Below are positions 1-8,062 of a DNA stretch of 16,503 nt, piece by piece. The stretch's first letter is position 1. Every line of letters starts with the position of its first letter. Made by a program: the position numbers and the translations under genes. The DNA lies in the NCBI GenBank assembly GCA_044222475.1, contig JBGANF010000160.1, positions 1-16,503 of the forward strand, in the 5' to 3' direction. This DNA is from Polyangiaceae bacterium. Lineage in GTDB: Bacteria; Myxococcota_A; Polyangia; Polyangiales; Polyangiaceae. The notes under the pieces were generated by a model. It was not told where the DNA came from, did not search any database, and was given only the letters and a program-made list of their open reading frames with translations.

Positions 1-4
1 TCAT
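1..4 (-). CDS. Probable start codon of a gene running out of the window to the left
   Basis: The minus strand reads GGAGAAGGGGGAACGA-ATG-A: a purine-rich SD-like tract (20-11) ahead of ATG at 4-2. No coding sequence is visible to confirm it. Confidence 0.35.
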
Positions 5-144
5 TCGTTCCCCCTTCTCCAGGCGAACCACAAACAGCATTCTCTCGTGCACGTGACAGGTCTCTTTCCAGGGCATCGCCCCGCACAGGTGTCACCTATG
101 TGCCCGGTCTGTCTTGTTACCTAGGTACCCGGTCTGAACCTACC

Positions 145-418
145 CGTACTCGTTCACGTACTCGTTCACGTACTCGTTCACGTGCCCGTTCACGTACTCG
201 TTCACGTACTCGTTCACGTACACGTACACGTACACGTACACGTTCACGTGCCCGTTCACGTAGTCGTTCACGTACTCGTAGACGTACTCGTTCACGTACC
301 CTCTCTCGGGGTCGTGCTCGTGCTCCTAGTCGTGTTCGTAGAGCACTCGTACGCCTCCTCGTCGTCGTTCACGTACTCGTACTCGTTCACGTACTCGTAC
401 TCGTGAGACGTGCTCGTG
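145..418. repeat. Degenerate hexamer tandem array (CGTNNN; dominant 12-mer CGTACTCGTTCA)
   Basis: 26 in-phase CGTNNN hexamers at 145-300 (CGTACT, CGTTCA, CGTACA, CGTGCC), a degenerate stretch, then further units to about 418, directly downstream of the rluB stop. Confidence 0.95.
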
Positions 419-421
419 GGT

Positions 422-1612
422 TTAGCGTTTGCCGCGGCGGCCGCGTTCCATGCGGTAGTTGCCGCCGGAGCTGCCGATGCCGCCGCCGGAGCCTGTCGTG
501 CGGGTCGTGCTGCTTCTCCCGCTGCGAGTGCCCTCGCTGGTGCCGCGGTCTCGGGTCCCGCTCGATCCGCGGCCGGAGGTTCCTCCGTAGTCGTCGCGTA
601 CGTCGGGCCCGCGTCGCCCCGGTGCTCCCATCCCGTACCGCGGGGATCCCTCTGCCTCGGATCGGCCTCCCCGCCCCTGGGTTCCTCGCTCCTGCTTGCC
701 TCGCGGCGGTGCTCGCCTCGTGTCGCTCCACTCGTTGCCAGCCGGCGTCCTCGGGGTTCGCTCCGTTGCTCGCCCGTGTGCGTCGACCCCGACTCCGCGC
801 CCGCTGCGCTTCGGCGCGACGAACTCGCGCGGGCTCCCGGCCGGTACGTGCTTCGGCACGCCGTACGCCTTCTTCAGGTCCTGCAGCTCCGTCTTCGTGA
901 GGTAGCGCCAGGCGCCCGGCCGGAGGCCCTCGGTGTCGATCCCGGCGAAGTGCGTGCGCGAGAGCCGCATCACCGGAAACCCGGTCGCCTCGCCCATGCG
1001 CCGGATCTGCTGGTTCCGCCCTTCGCGAAGAACGACGTCGATCCAGGTCTTCTCCTGCGAGTCGCGGTCGCCCTTCTCGTAGCGGACGAGCGTGACCTCG
1101 GCCGGCTTCGTCACGCCGTCTTCGAGCCGAATGCCCTTCCTCCAGCGCGCGAGGTCTTTCTCCTCCATGCGTCCGGCGAGCTTCACGACGTACCTTTTTG
1201 GTACGTCGGTCTTGGGGTGGAGCACGGCGAACGAAAAATCGCCGTCGTTCGTCATGAGCAGCGCCCCGCTGGTCGCGAAGTCGAGCCGCCCCACCGGGAC
1301 GACGCGCTCGTCGACGCCGCGAAGGTACGTCCCCACCGTCGGTCGCCCCTCGGGATCGCTCATCGTCGAGACGACGCCGCGCGGCTTGTGGAGGAGGATG
1401 TAGACGAAGCTCTCGGCCACCACCCGCTTGCCGTCGACCTCGACCTTGTCGGTACGCGGGTCGGCGCGGGTGCCGAGCTCGGTCACGACGCGGCCGTTGA
1501 CCCGCACCCGGCCGGCCGTGATGAGCCACTCCGCGTGACGGCGCGAGGCGATGCCTCCGCGCGCGAGGATCTTCTGGAGCCGCTCCCCTTCCTTGGTATC
1601 TTGTCGTTTCAT
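422..1612 (-). CDS. rluB: RsuA-family rRNA pseudouridine synthase (RluB-type), 396 aa, with Arg/Gly-rich C-terminal tail
   Basis: N-terminal S4 domain (RLQKILARGGIASRRHAE), HKPRGVV, catalytic VGRLD..TSG.LLMTNDG motif, and EGRNQQIRRM. Confidence 0.9.
   Translation of the reverse strand: MKRQDTKEGERLQKILARGGIASRRHAEWLITAGRVRVNGRVVTELGTRADPRTDKVEVDGKRVVAESFVYILLHKPRGVVSTMSDPEGRPTVGTYLRGVDERVVPVGRLDFATSGALLMTNDGDFSFAVLHPKTDVPKRYVVKLAGRMEEKDLARWRKGIRLEDGVTKPAEVTLVRYEKGDRDSQEKTWIDVVLREGRNQQIRRMGEATGFPVMRLSRTHFAGIDTEGLRPGAWRYLTKTELQDLKKAYGVPKHVPAGSPREFVAPKRSGRGVGVDAHGRATERTPRTPAGNEWSDTRRAPPRGKQERGTQGRGGRSEAEGSPRYGMGAPGRRGPDVRDDYGGTSGRGSSGTRDRGTSEGTRSGRSSTTRTTGSGGGIGSSGGNYRMERGRRGKR
1594..1602 (+). 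promoter_or_regulatory. Putative extended -10 promoter (TGnTATCTT) for a leaderless or near-leaderless cupin transcript
   Basis: TG-G-TATCTT ends 8 nt before ATG 1611, and there is no SD upstream of that ATG. Confidence 0.4.
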
Positions 1613-1964
1613 GCGCCGTGTAGAGAAGCCTTGGGGATACGAGATCGTTTGGGCCGAGACCGATCGCTACGTGGGCAAGATCCTCCACATCAAGGCGTCG
1701 CACAAGCTCTCACGGCAGTATCACGAGAAGAAGGACGAGACGTTCTACGTCCAGAACGGCCAAATGGACCTCGAGGTCGGGCAAGGCGCCACGTTGAAGA
1801 CGATCCGCCTCGCCGCCGGCGACTCGTTTCACTGCACGCCGAAGACCATCCACCGCATGGTCGCGGTGACGGACGTGGACATCCTCGAAGCGTCGACGCC
1901 CGAGCTCGACGACGTCGTCCGCCTCGAAGACTCGTACGGCCGCGAAGGAACGAACGCGCCTTGA
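1611..1964 (+). CDS. Cupin-domain protein (mannose-6-phosphate isomerase-like), 117 aa
   Basis: MRRVEKPWGYE start, LSRQYHEKKDETFYV and TIHRM cupin metal motifs, EASTPELDDVVRLED.YGR C-terminus. The start is reassigned from 1551 (inside rluB) to ATG 1611. Confidence 0.85.
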   Translation: MRRVEKPWGYEIVWAETDRYVGKILHIKASHKLSRQYHEKKDETFYVQNGQMDLEVGQGATLKTIRLAAGDSFHCTPKTIHRMVAVTDVDILEASTPELDDVVRLEDSYGREGTNAP

Positions 1965-2070
1965 CGTCAGGGGCTTCGCGCGAAGCGCTCTCATTGCGCC
2001 CTAGCGTCTCCTCGTCCTTGCGGTGTTCTCCGCCTTCCAGACGCGAAAGCGTTTCGCCGAAGCCCTGACG
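1965..2070. repeat. About 106-bp imperfect inverted-repeat element between convergent genes (REP/MITE-like or bidirectional terminator)
   Basis: Left arm 1965-1989 CGTCAGGGGCTTCGCGCGAAGCGCT matches the reverse complement of right arm 2048-2070, CGTCAGGGCTTCGGCGAAACGCT. Confidence 0.7.
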
Positions 2071-2076
2071 ACGAGG

Positions 2077-2871
2077 TCAGCGGTTCTCGGTGCGCTTCGG
2101 CTTCGCGTCGGCCGCGGCGTCTTTCGCCCCGCCGTCGCCGCCGGCGGTGGACGTCGGCGCGCCGCCGTCCATCTTGGCGAGCGCCTTCGCCTCTTCCGCG
2201 TCTTGCTGCTGGCGGAGGAGCTCGTCGCGGTCCCAGCGATCGACGTGACCGTCGTTGCCGTCGTCCACGCCCATGCGCTCGAGACGGCCCTTCACGTAGA
2301 TCTCCCAGACGTCGGGCTTGCCGTCACCGTTGCGGTCGCGCTTGATGCGCGAGAGCTGACCGGCGACGTAGACCTTCCACTCATCGGCGCGGCCGTCACC
2401 GTTGGTGTCGGAGTCCTCTTCGACGACGCGACCGTCGGCGAACATCAGCCAGTGGTCGATGCGTCCGTCGTAGTCGGTGTCGGCTTCTTCGCGCTGGGCC
2501 TCGCCCTTGGCGTTGAACGTGCGAACGACGTCCTTGAGCCCGTCGAGGTTGGTGTCGACCTCGCGGCAGATGAGCACCTTGCGGCGGTTCTCGCCTTCGC
2601 CGAGCGTCTTGTACACGCGACGGATGTTCGGCTTCAGCGCACCTGGACCGGCGGTCTCGCTCACCTCGAGCTCGGGGTGGTTGTGCCAGTTGCAGAGCGA
2701 CTTGTCGTCGAGCGGCCACGCAGATTGATCCTTCGTGCCGCCGGGCGCGGTCTTCGCGGTCACCGGGGGCGGCTGGTTGCCGCCGCACGCGAAGACGACG
2801 AGCGACGCGACGCCGCCGAGGAGCGTGGACAGGAGAACGGCGCGGACGCCGAGGACGCGCGACGAGCTCAT
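2077..2871 (-). CDS. Lipoprotein with DxDxDG (EF-hand-loop-like) repeats, 264 aa
   Basis: Signal peptide with lipobox VFA-C; motifs DTNLDG, DTDYDG, DTNGDG, DRNGDG, DDGNDG at about 22-aa spacing; ATGA overlap with the upstream gene. Confidence 0.85.
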   Translation of the reverse strand: MSSSRVLGVRAVLLSTLLGGVASLVVFACGGNQPPPVTAKTAPGGTKDQSAWPLDDKSLCNWHNHPELEVSETAGPGALKPNIRRVYKTLGEGENRRKVLICREVDTNLDGLKDVVRTFNAKGEAQREEADTDYDGRIDHWLMFADGRVVEEDSDTNGDGRADEWKVYVAGQLSRIKRDRNGDGKPDVWEIYVKGRLERMGVDDGNDGHVDRWDRDELLRQQQDAEEAKALAKMDGGAPTSTAGGDGGAKDAAADAKPKRTENR

Positions 2872-3716
2872 TTCTTCCCCGTTGCTGTTCCGGTCACAGG
2901 TTTCTTCTTGCCCGAGTCCACGCCCGCGTCAAACGAGATGACCTGCCCGTTGGGGTAGATCACCGGCGGAGGGGGCAGCTTCAAGGCCATGTCGACCGCG
3001 CCGGCGGGCCCGCCGTCACCGGTCTGCGTGGTGCTCGCGGCCTCGGGTGCGGCATCGCCCAGCGAGGCGAGCGGGATCAACGTGCCGTTCGGGCCCGACA
3101 CGAGGGTCGCGTCGGGATCGGGTTGGCCGTCGAAGTTCTTGTCCTGATCGATCTGGACCTTGTCGCCGTCCCACGTCCACCACTGGTCGACCTTGCCGTC
3201 GCCGTTGGTGTCGCGCTCGCGCTTCGTGCGCTTGCCGGTCGCCGGGTCGAACGTGTCGGTCGTGTCGACCTTGCGCTGGCCGGTCGTGTCGATCTCGCGC
3301 CGAATGAGCTTGCCGCCCTCGTAGTACTCGATGGCCGACACCGCATCGCCGGTCTCGTAGCTCGCCTCGCGGCGGCGGAGCTGGCCCTGCGCGTCGTAGT
3401 AGCTGACGATCTCGGCTTTGCCGTCGTGGTTCAGGTCGGCGACGCGGCAGAGCTCGCGGCCGGAGCCTTTGTCGACGATCCGCCGGATGTCGGGCTTGCC
3501 GTCGTTGTTGATGTCGACGGTTTCGACGCGACCCTGGCTGTCCTCGCACGGCTCGTGCTTGAGCGGCGGCGCGGTGGCGACCTCGGCGGCGGCCGTCTTG
3601 TCGCCCGACGCGCTGGCGGCTTCGCTACCCCCACATCCCCAGAGTACGTACGTCGGGAGCGCCGCGGCGGCTGCCAGGACCAACGTGAGACGAAGACCAA
3701 ACGAGTTGCGCACCAT
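2868..3716 (-). CDS. Lipoprotein with DxDxDG repeats, about 282 aa, paralogue of the neighbouring gene
   Basis: ATG 3716 preceded by GGAG; lipobox LWG-C; motifs DINNDG, DLNHDG, DTNGDG, DKNFDG. The ORF-track start at 3767 is probably too long. Confidence 0.85.
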   Translation of the reverse strand: MVRNSFGLRLTLVLAAAAALPTYVLWGCGGSEAASASGDKTAAAEVATAPPLKHEPCEDSQGRVETVDINNDGKPDIRRIVDKGSGRELCRVADLNHDGKAEIVSYYDAQGQLRRREASYETGDAVSAIEYYEGGKLIRREIDTTGQRKVDTTDTFDPATGKRTKRERDTNGDGKVDQWWTWDGDKVQIDQDKNFDGQPDPDATLVSGPNGTLIPLASLGDAAPEAASTTQTGDGGPAGAVDMALKLPPPPVIYPNGQVISFDAGVDSGKKKPVTGTATGKK

Positions 3717-3822
3717 TAAGGACCCACTCCGGGCGTCACCATAGCGAGTCCAGCGGGTTGTCCGCAAGCAGCGCGTGGGCGCGGTTCTCCTACACGGGGT
3801 CCCCCTGCACTTCCCTCCTCAA

Positions 3823-3844
3823 TATGGGGGGCATGGCCCCCATA
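3823..3844. promoter_or_regulatory. Perfect 8-bp inverted repeat in the divergent promoter region (possible operator or hairpin)
   Basis: TATGGGGG-GCATGG-CCCCCATA. Confidence 0.35.
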
Positions 3845-3903
3845 CGCCTCGGTAACTACTGGAAACTTCGCTCCTATTTCGTAAGTTTTCGTCCGGCTGG
3901 CCC

Positions 3904-3932
3904 TTGAAAGTTCACATATGCTCACGTAGTGT
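3904..3932 (+). promoter_or_regulatory. Putative sigma70 promoter for the RHH-lepA unit
   Basis: TTGAAA (3904-3909), 17-nt spacer, TAGTGT (3927-3932), in an AT-richer intergenic segment. Confidence 0.6.
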
Positions 3933-4041
3933 ATAGCGGTGTCGATCGACAGCGGTCGCCCACGTGCCGAGCGGCGATCCGAAACCGCTCCGAGCACATG
4001 GCGCACGGTGCACGAGTCGACTAGGTAAGCGGGCGCAAACC

Positions 4042-4338
4042 ATGTCTCGGAAGAAGATCTCGACCACCATCTACGTGACGCCGGAGCAGAGCGACAAGCT
4101 CAAGCTCCTGCACGATCGTACGAAGGTGCCGGTCGCGGTCTACATCCGCGAAGGCATCGATCTGGTCCTCCGTCACTACGCCCACCTCCTACCTGGTCAA
4201 CTCGCGCTCGACGTGACCCCGCCGACGCCAGCCGTCTCCGAAGACGCGCCGAAGCGCGCGCCGAAAGCTCGCGGAAGCAGCACCGCCGTCGATCGCAACG
4301 CTCGCGCCGAAGCCGAAGCGTTGGACGCCGACGAGTGA
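4042..4338 (+). CDS. Ribbon-helix-helix DNA-binding protein, 98 aa
   Basis: KKISTTIYV strand, [15 protein letters not shown] helix, [17 protein letters not shown] helix, then a disordered tail. Start reassigned to ATG 4042. Confidence 0.8.
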   Translation: MSRKKISTTIYVTPEQSDKLKLLHDRTKVPVAVYIREGIDLVLRHYAHLLPGQLALDVTPPTPAVSEDAPKRAPKARGSSTAVDRNARAEAEALDADE

Positions 4339-4363
4339 TCGCTCGCTCTGCGCCACCCAAACA

Positions 4364-6175
4364 ATGTCCACGCCGCAGTCCCTCATCCGCAACTTCTCCA
4401 TCATCGCTCACATCGATCATGGAAAATCGACGCTCGCCGATCGCATCCTGGAGATCACCGGCGCACTGACCGAGCGCGAAGCGCGCTCGCAGTTCCTCGA
4501 CAAGATGGACATCGAGCGCGAGCGCGGGATCACCATCAAGGCGCAGAACGTCCGCCTCAAGTACACCGCGAAGGACGGCGTCACCTATCAGCTCAACCTG
4601 ATCGACACGCCAGGCCACGTCGACTTCAACTACGAGGTCTCGCGCTCGCTCAGCGCGTGCGAAGGCGCGATCCTCGTCGTCGACTCGACGCAGGGCGTCG
4701 AAGCGCAGACCCTCGCGAACGTCTACCTCGCGCTCGACCTGAACCTCGAGATCCTCCCCGTCCTCAACAAGGTCGACCTCCCCTCGTCCGACGTCGACAA
4801 GACGAAGGAGCAGATCGAGCAGGTCATCGGCCTCGACTGCAGCGAAGCGGTGTCGTGCTCCGGAAAGACCGGCGTCGGCGTCCCGGAGATCCTCGAAGAG
4901 ATCGTGAAGAAGATCCCACCGCCGAAGGGCAAGCCGGACGCCCCCCTTCGCGCCCTCATCTTCGACACCTGGTACGACAGCTACCGCGGCGCGATGGTCA
5001 TGATCCGCGTGTTCGACGGCACGGTGAAGAAGGGCGACAAGATCCGCTTCATGTCGAGCAAGACCGACTACGAGGTCACCGAGATGGGCTCGTTCCAGCC
5101 CTTCGCGGTCGCCCTCGACGAGATCGGACCCGGGGAGGTCGGCTTCCTCGCGGCGAACATCAAGAGCGTCCACGACACGAACGTCGGCGACACGGTGACG
5201 CACGCGCTCGCGAGCAAGCAGGCGACCGAGGCTCTCCCCGGCTTCAAGGAGATCAAGCCCGCCGTCTTCGCCGGCATCTTCCCCACCGACAGCGCCGACT
5301 ACCCGTCCCTGCGCGACGCGCTCGAGAAGCTCCACATGAACGACGCGGCGTTCAACTTCGAGCCCGACTCGTCCGAAGCGCTCGGGTTCGGCTTCCGCTG
5401 CGGCTTCCTCGGGCTGCTCCACATGGAGATCATCCAGGAGCGCCTCGAGCGCGAGTTCAACCTCGACCTCATCACGACCGCGCCGAGCGTCGTCTACAAG
5501 GTCTACAAGACCGACGGCGAGCTCGTCGTCGTCGACAACCCCGCCAAGCTTCCTCCCCCGAACCTCATCGACCGCATCGAAGAGCCGTTCGTCAAGATGA
5601 GCATCCACGTTCCGGCCGACCACGTCGGCGCCGTGCTCGCGCTCTGCCAGGACAAGCGCGGCACCCAGGTCGACATGAAGTACGCGTCGACCGACCGCGT
5701 GATCATCATCTACGAGCTCCCCTTCGGCGAGGTCCTCTTCGATTTTCACGACAAGCTGAAGAGCGTCTCGCGCGGCTACGCATCGATGGACTACGAGTTC
5801 ATCGGCCACCGCGCCGGCACGCTCGTCAAGGTCGACATGATGGTCAACGGCGAGCCTCTCGACGCGCTCTCCATCATCGTCCACAAGGACCGCGCCTATG
5901 CCCGCGGCCGCGCCCTCGCGGAGAAGCTCAAGGAGTTCGTCCCGCAGCAGCAGTACGAGGTCGCCATCCAAGCCGCGATCGGCGGGAAGATCATCGCCCG
6001 CGAGACGGTCCGCGCGCTCCGCAAGGACGTCACCGCGAAATGCTACGGCGGCGACATCAGCCGAAAGCGCAAGCTCCTCGAGAAGCAAAAAGAGGGCAAG
6101 AAGCGGATGAAGCAGGTCGGCACCGTCGAGATCCCGCAACAGGCGTTTCTCGCGATCCTCAAAGTCGATGCCTGA
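4364..6175 (+). CDS. lepA: Translation elongation factor 4 (LepA), 603 aa
   Basis: [52 protein letters not shown], and the LepA C-terminus [25 protein letters not shown]. Confidence 0.99.
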   Translation: MSTPQSLIRNFSIIAHIDHGKSTLADRILEITGALTEREARSQFLDKMDIERERGITIKAQNVRLKYTAKDGVTYQLNLIDTPGHVDFNYEVSRSLSACEGAILVVDSTQGVEAQTLANVYLALDLNLEILPVLNKVDLPSSDVDKTKEQIEQVIGLDCSEAVSCSGKTGVGVPEILEEIVKKIPPPKGKPDAPLRALIFDTWYDSYRGAMVMIRVFDGTVKKGDKIRFMSSKTDYEVTEMGSFQPFAVALDEIGPGEVGFLAANIKSVHDTNVGDTVTHALASKQATEALPGFKEIKPAVFAGIFPTDSADYPSLRDALEKLHMNDAAFNFEPDSSEALGFGFRCGFLGLLHMEIIQERLEREFNLDLITTAPSVVYKVYKTDGELVVVDNPAKLPPPNLIDRIEEPFVKMSIHVPADHVGAVLALCQDKRGTQVDMKYASTDRVIIIYELPFGEVLFDFHDKLKSVSRGYASMDYEFIGHRAGTLVKVDMMVNGEPLDALSIIVHKDRAYARGRALAEKLKEFVPQQQYEVAIQAAIGGKIIARETVRALRKDVTAKCYGGDISRKRKLLEKQKEGKKRMKQVGTVEIPQQAFLAILKVDA

Positions 6176-6223
6176 CGGCGCGCGGGTGGTGGTACCTTGG
6201 GTGCCGCTTCTCGCTGAGCTCCC

Positions 6224-8041
6224 GTGAAACGGCCGACGAAGAAAACACCCCGCAATCCGAAGCCGCGCACGAGCGTCGACGCGACGCGCGCCGCGCTCGC
6301 CAGCGTCGAGCGCATTCGGAGCGTCGCCGTACGCAAGGGCAAGCGCCTCGGGCCGGCCGTCACCGACGCGGAGATGGCGGACCGCGCGCGCATCCTCAAG
6401 ATCGACCTGCCGCCGAGCTACATCGCCGCGATGCACGTCACGACCGACCTCGGACCGCCGGAGGTCCTCCTCGACGCCGAGGGGATGGCCCAGGCGAAGA
6501 AGATCATCGAGGCCCCGAGCTATGCGCCGTTCGCCCAAGCCGCCGACGGCGGATGGGTCGCGTTCGACAAGCGCAGCGGCGGCGAGCGCGGCGAGCTCAC
6601 CGTGGTCGAGGTGCTCGACGGCTCGACGCGTCCGCTCGCGCGGACCTTCGGCGAGTGGCTCGACGGAGTCGCCGACGCGCGCGAGGAAGCCATCGCGAGC
6701 GCGGCCAACATCCCGCCGCAGCTCAAGACGCTCCTCTTCCAGCTCGGCTTCACGTTCGACGATCCGATCGTCGGTCGCCTCGAGACGGGTGACGTCGCAG
6801 CGGTCGAGGCCCTCGTCGGCGAAGAGCTCGCCGACGAGATCCGCGGCCCGCACAACCGCCTCTTCGACTCGAGCGGCAAGACGTCGCTCACCCTGAACGT
6901 CGACGAGTACACGATCGCGTGCAGCCTCCGCACCGGCATCTACGTCTTCGGCGCCGAGGACGTCTTCCGTTGGCTCCGCACCTTCCGCGACGAGAGCTTC
7001 TTCGGAGAGTCCGCGCGCGAGATCCGCGAGCCGACTCGGCCCGACACCGTCCGAGACCTACGGCGCGCGCCGCGCGAGCCGCCGCTCGTCTTGCGCGGGG
7101 TGGTGTCGGTGTCGGCGCTGCCTTCGATGCGGCACGGGTTTCGCGCCGCGAGCGGCTCGTCGTCCCGCGACTTCTACGTCCTCGGGCGAACCCACTCGAC
7201 GTCGGAGCGCGCCACGAGCTTGCTCCTTCACGTCGTCGGTGGAGCCGTCCAGAGCGCGCACAGCGTCGACGAGCCGCTCACCGACATCCACGTCACCGAC
7301 GACGGTACGCTCTGGGGCCTCTCGGCGAACGGATCGGCGCTCCGCCTGATCGGCGGCGACCTCCAGGTGTTCCCCCTCGCCCGCCCGAGCCACGGGCGCG
7401 CGTCGTTCTACGGCATCGGAAGCGCGGCAGGGCGCGTGCTCGTCTGGGGCGCGGGGACGCTGCTCCAGTTCGACGGACGCAAGTTCGTTCCGTTCTCGCC
7501 CGAGGCGGGCCTCGAACCCACCGAGTCGGTGCTCGCGCTCGCCGGCACGTCGCGCGAGATCGTGATGCTCGTCGCTGGCGAGGACGCCGCCGCCGTCGCC
7601 CGCTTCGACGGGCAGAAGTGGCTCCCGATCGGCAAGGACGACGTCCTCGAAGGGCTCCCGGTCGATCTCGACTTCTGGCGACGAACGACCGTCGTCCTCG
7701 GCAGGGACTCGCGCATCTTCCGGATCGAGGAGGGCAAGCCGCGCCCGGTCCTCTGGGACATGGAGCACGAGGCCTTCCACGAAGGGAGCGGCGCACCACG
7801 TCCCCTCCGCGGCATCAAAGGCATCGACGGCGGTGCGCTCGTCGCGAGCGACGGCGGCGTCATCGTCGTGGGGAGCGGCGATCCGGTCTTCTACGAGGCG
7901 CCGCAGACGTCGGAGCCGACCCGCCTCTCGCGCGTCGGCGGCGAGGACCCGCGCGCCAGCGCGATCGTGGTCCTCACCGGTCCGCACCTCTGGATGTGGC
8001 AAGCTGGCGCGATGTCCGTCCTCGACGTCCGCGATTTCTGA
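6224..8041 (+). CDS. Multidomain protein, 605 aa: N-terminal SMI1/KNR4 (SUKH)-like domain and probable C-terminal beta-propeller
   Basis: GTG start; PAVTDAEMADRARILKIDLPPSY...PFAQAADGGWVAFD...LARTFGEWL matches the SUKH pattern. The C-half has repeated short beta strands (LWGLS, LLQFDGRKF, VARFDGQKW). Confidence 0.7.
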   Translation: MKRPTKKTPRNPKPRTSVDATRAALASVERIRSVAVRKGKRLGPAVTDAEMADRARILKIDLPPSYIAAMHVTTDLGPPEVLLDAEGMAQAKKIIEAPSYAPFAQAADGGWVAFDKRSGGERGELTVVEVLDGSTRPLARTFGEWLDGVADAREEAIASAANIPPQLKTLLFQLGFTFDDPIVGRLETGDVAAVEALVGEELADEIRGPHNRLFDSSGKTSLTLNVDEYTIACSLRTGIYVFGAEDVFRWLRTFRDESFFGESAREIREPTRPDTVRDLRRAPREPPLVLRGVVSVSALPSMRHGFRAASGSSSRDFYVLGRTHSTSERATSLLLHVVGGAVQSAHSVDEPLTDIHVTDDGTLWGLSANGSALRLIGGDLQVFPLARPSHGRASFYGIGSAAGRVLVWGAGTLLQFDGRKFVPFSPEAGLEPTESVLALAGTSREIVMLVAGEDAAAVARFDGQKWLPIGKDDVLEGLPVDLDFWRRTTVVLGRDSRIFRIEEGKPRPVLWDMEHEAFHEGSGAPRPLRGIKGIDGGALVASDGGVIVVGSGDPVFYEAPQTSEPTRLSRVGGEDPRASAIVVLTGPHLWMWQAGAMSVLDVRDF

Positions 8042-8062
8042 GGCCCTCGCATCCCCGCATAT

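Noticed and set aside
5..140. Riboswitch or sigma54 promoter upstream of the left-edge gene
   Set aside because: Only short elements were found (GTGACA/TGTCAC, the TACCTAGGTA palindrome, a CCCGGTCTG direct repeat), with no match to an aptamer consensus I recognise and no clear -24/-12 motif.
145..418. CRISPR array
   Set aside because: Units are contiguous 6/12-mers with no unique spacers, and there are no cas genes in the window.
100..900. RS/RT-repeat ORF (100..900) and VH-repeat ORF (182..406)
   Set aside because: Both are translations of the hexamer array, neither has an evident RBS, and the longer one runs antisense into rluB.
410..2068. 552-aa plus-strand ORF and 438-aa minus-strand ORF (387..1703)
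   Set aside because: Shadow frames over the clearly identified rluB and cupin genes.
4042..4338. Toxin-antitoxin module
   Set aside because: There is no adjacent toxin-like ORF, and the next gene is lepA.
4100..6853. 917-aa minus-strand ORF
   Set aside because: Antisense shadow of lepA and its neighbours, expected from high-GC codon bias, with no recognisable motifs.
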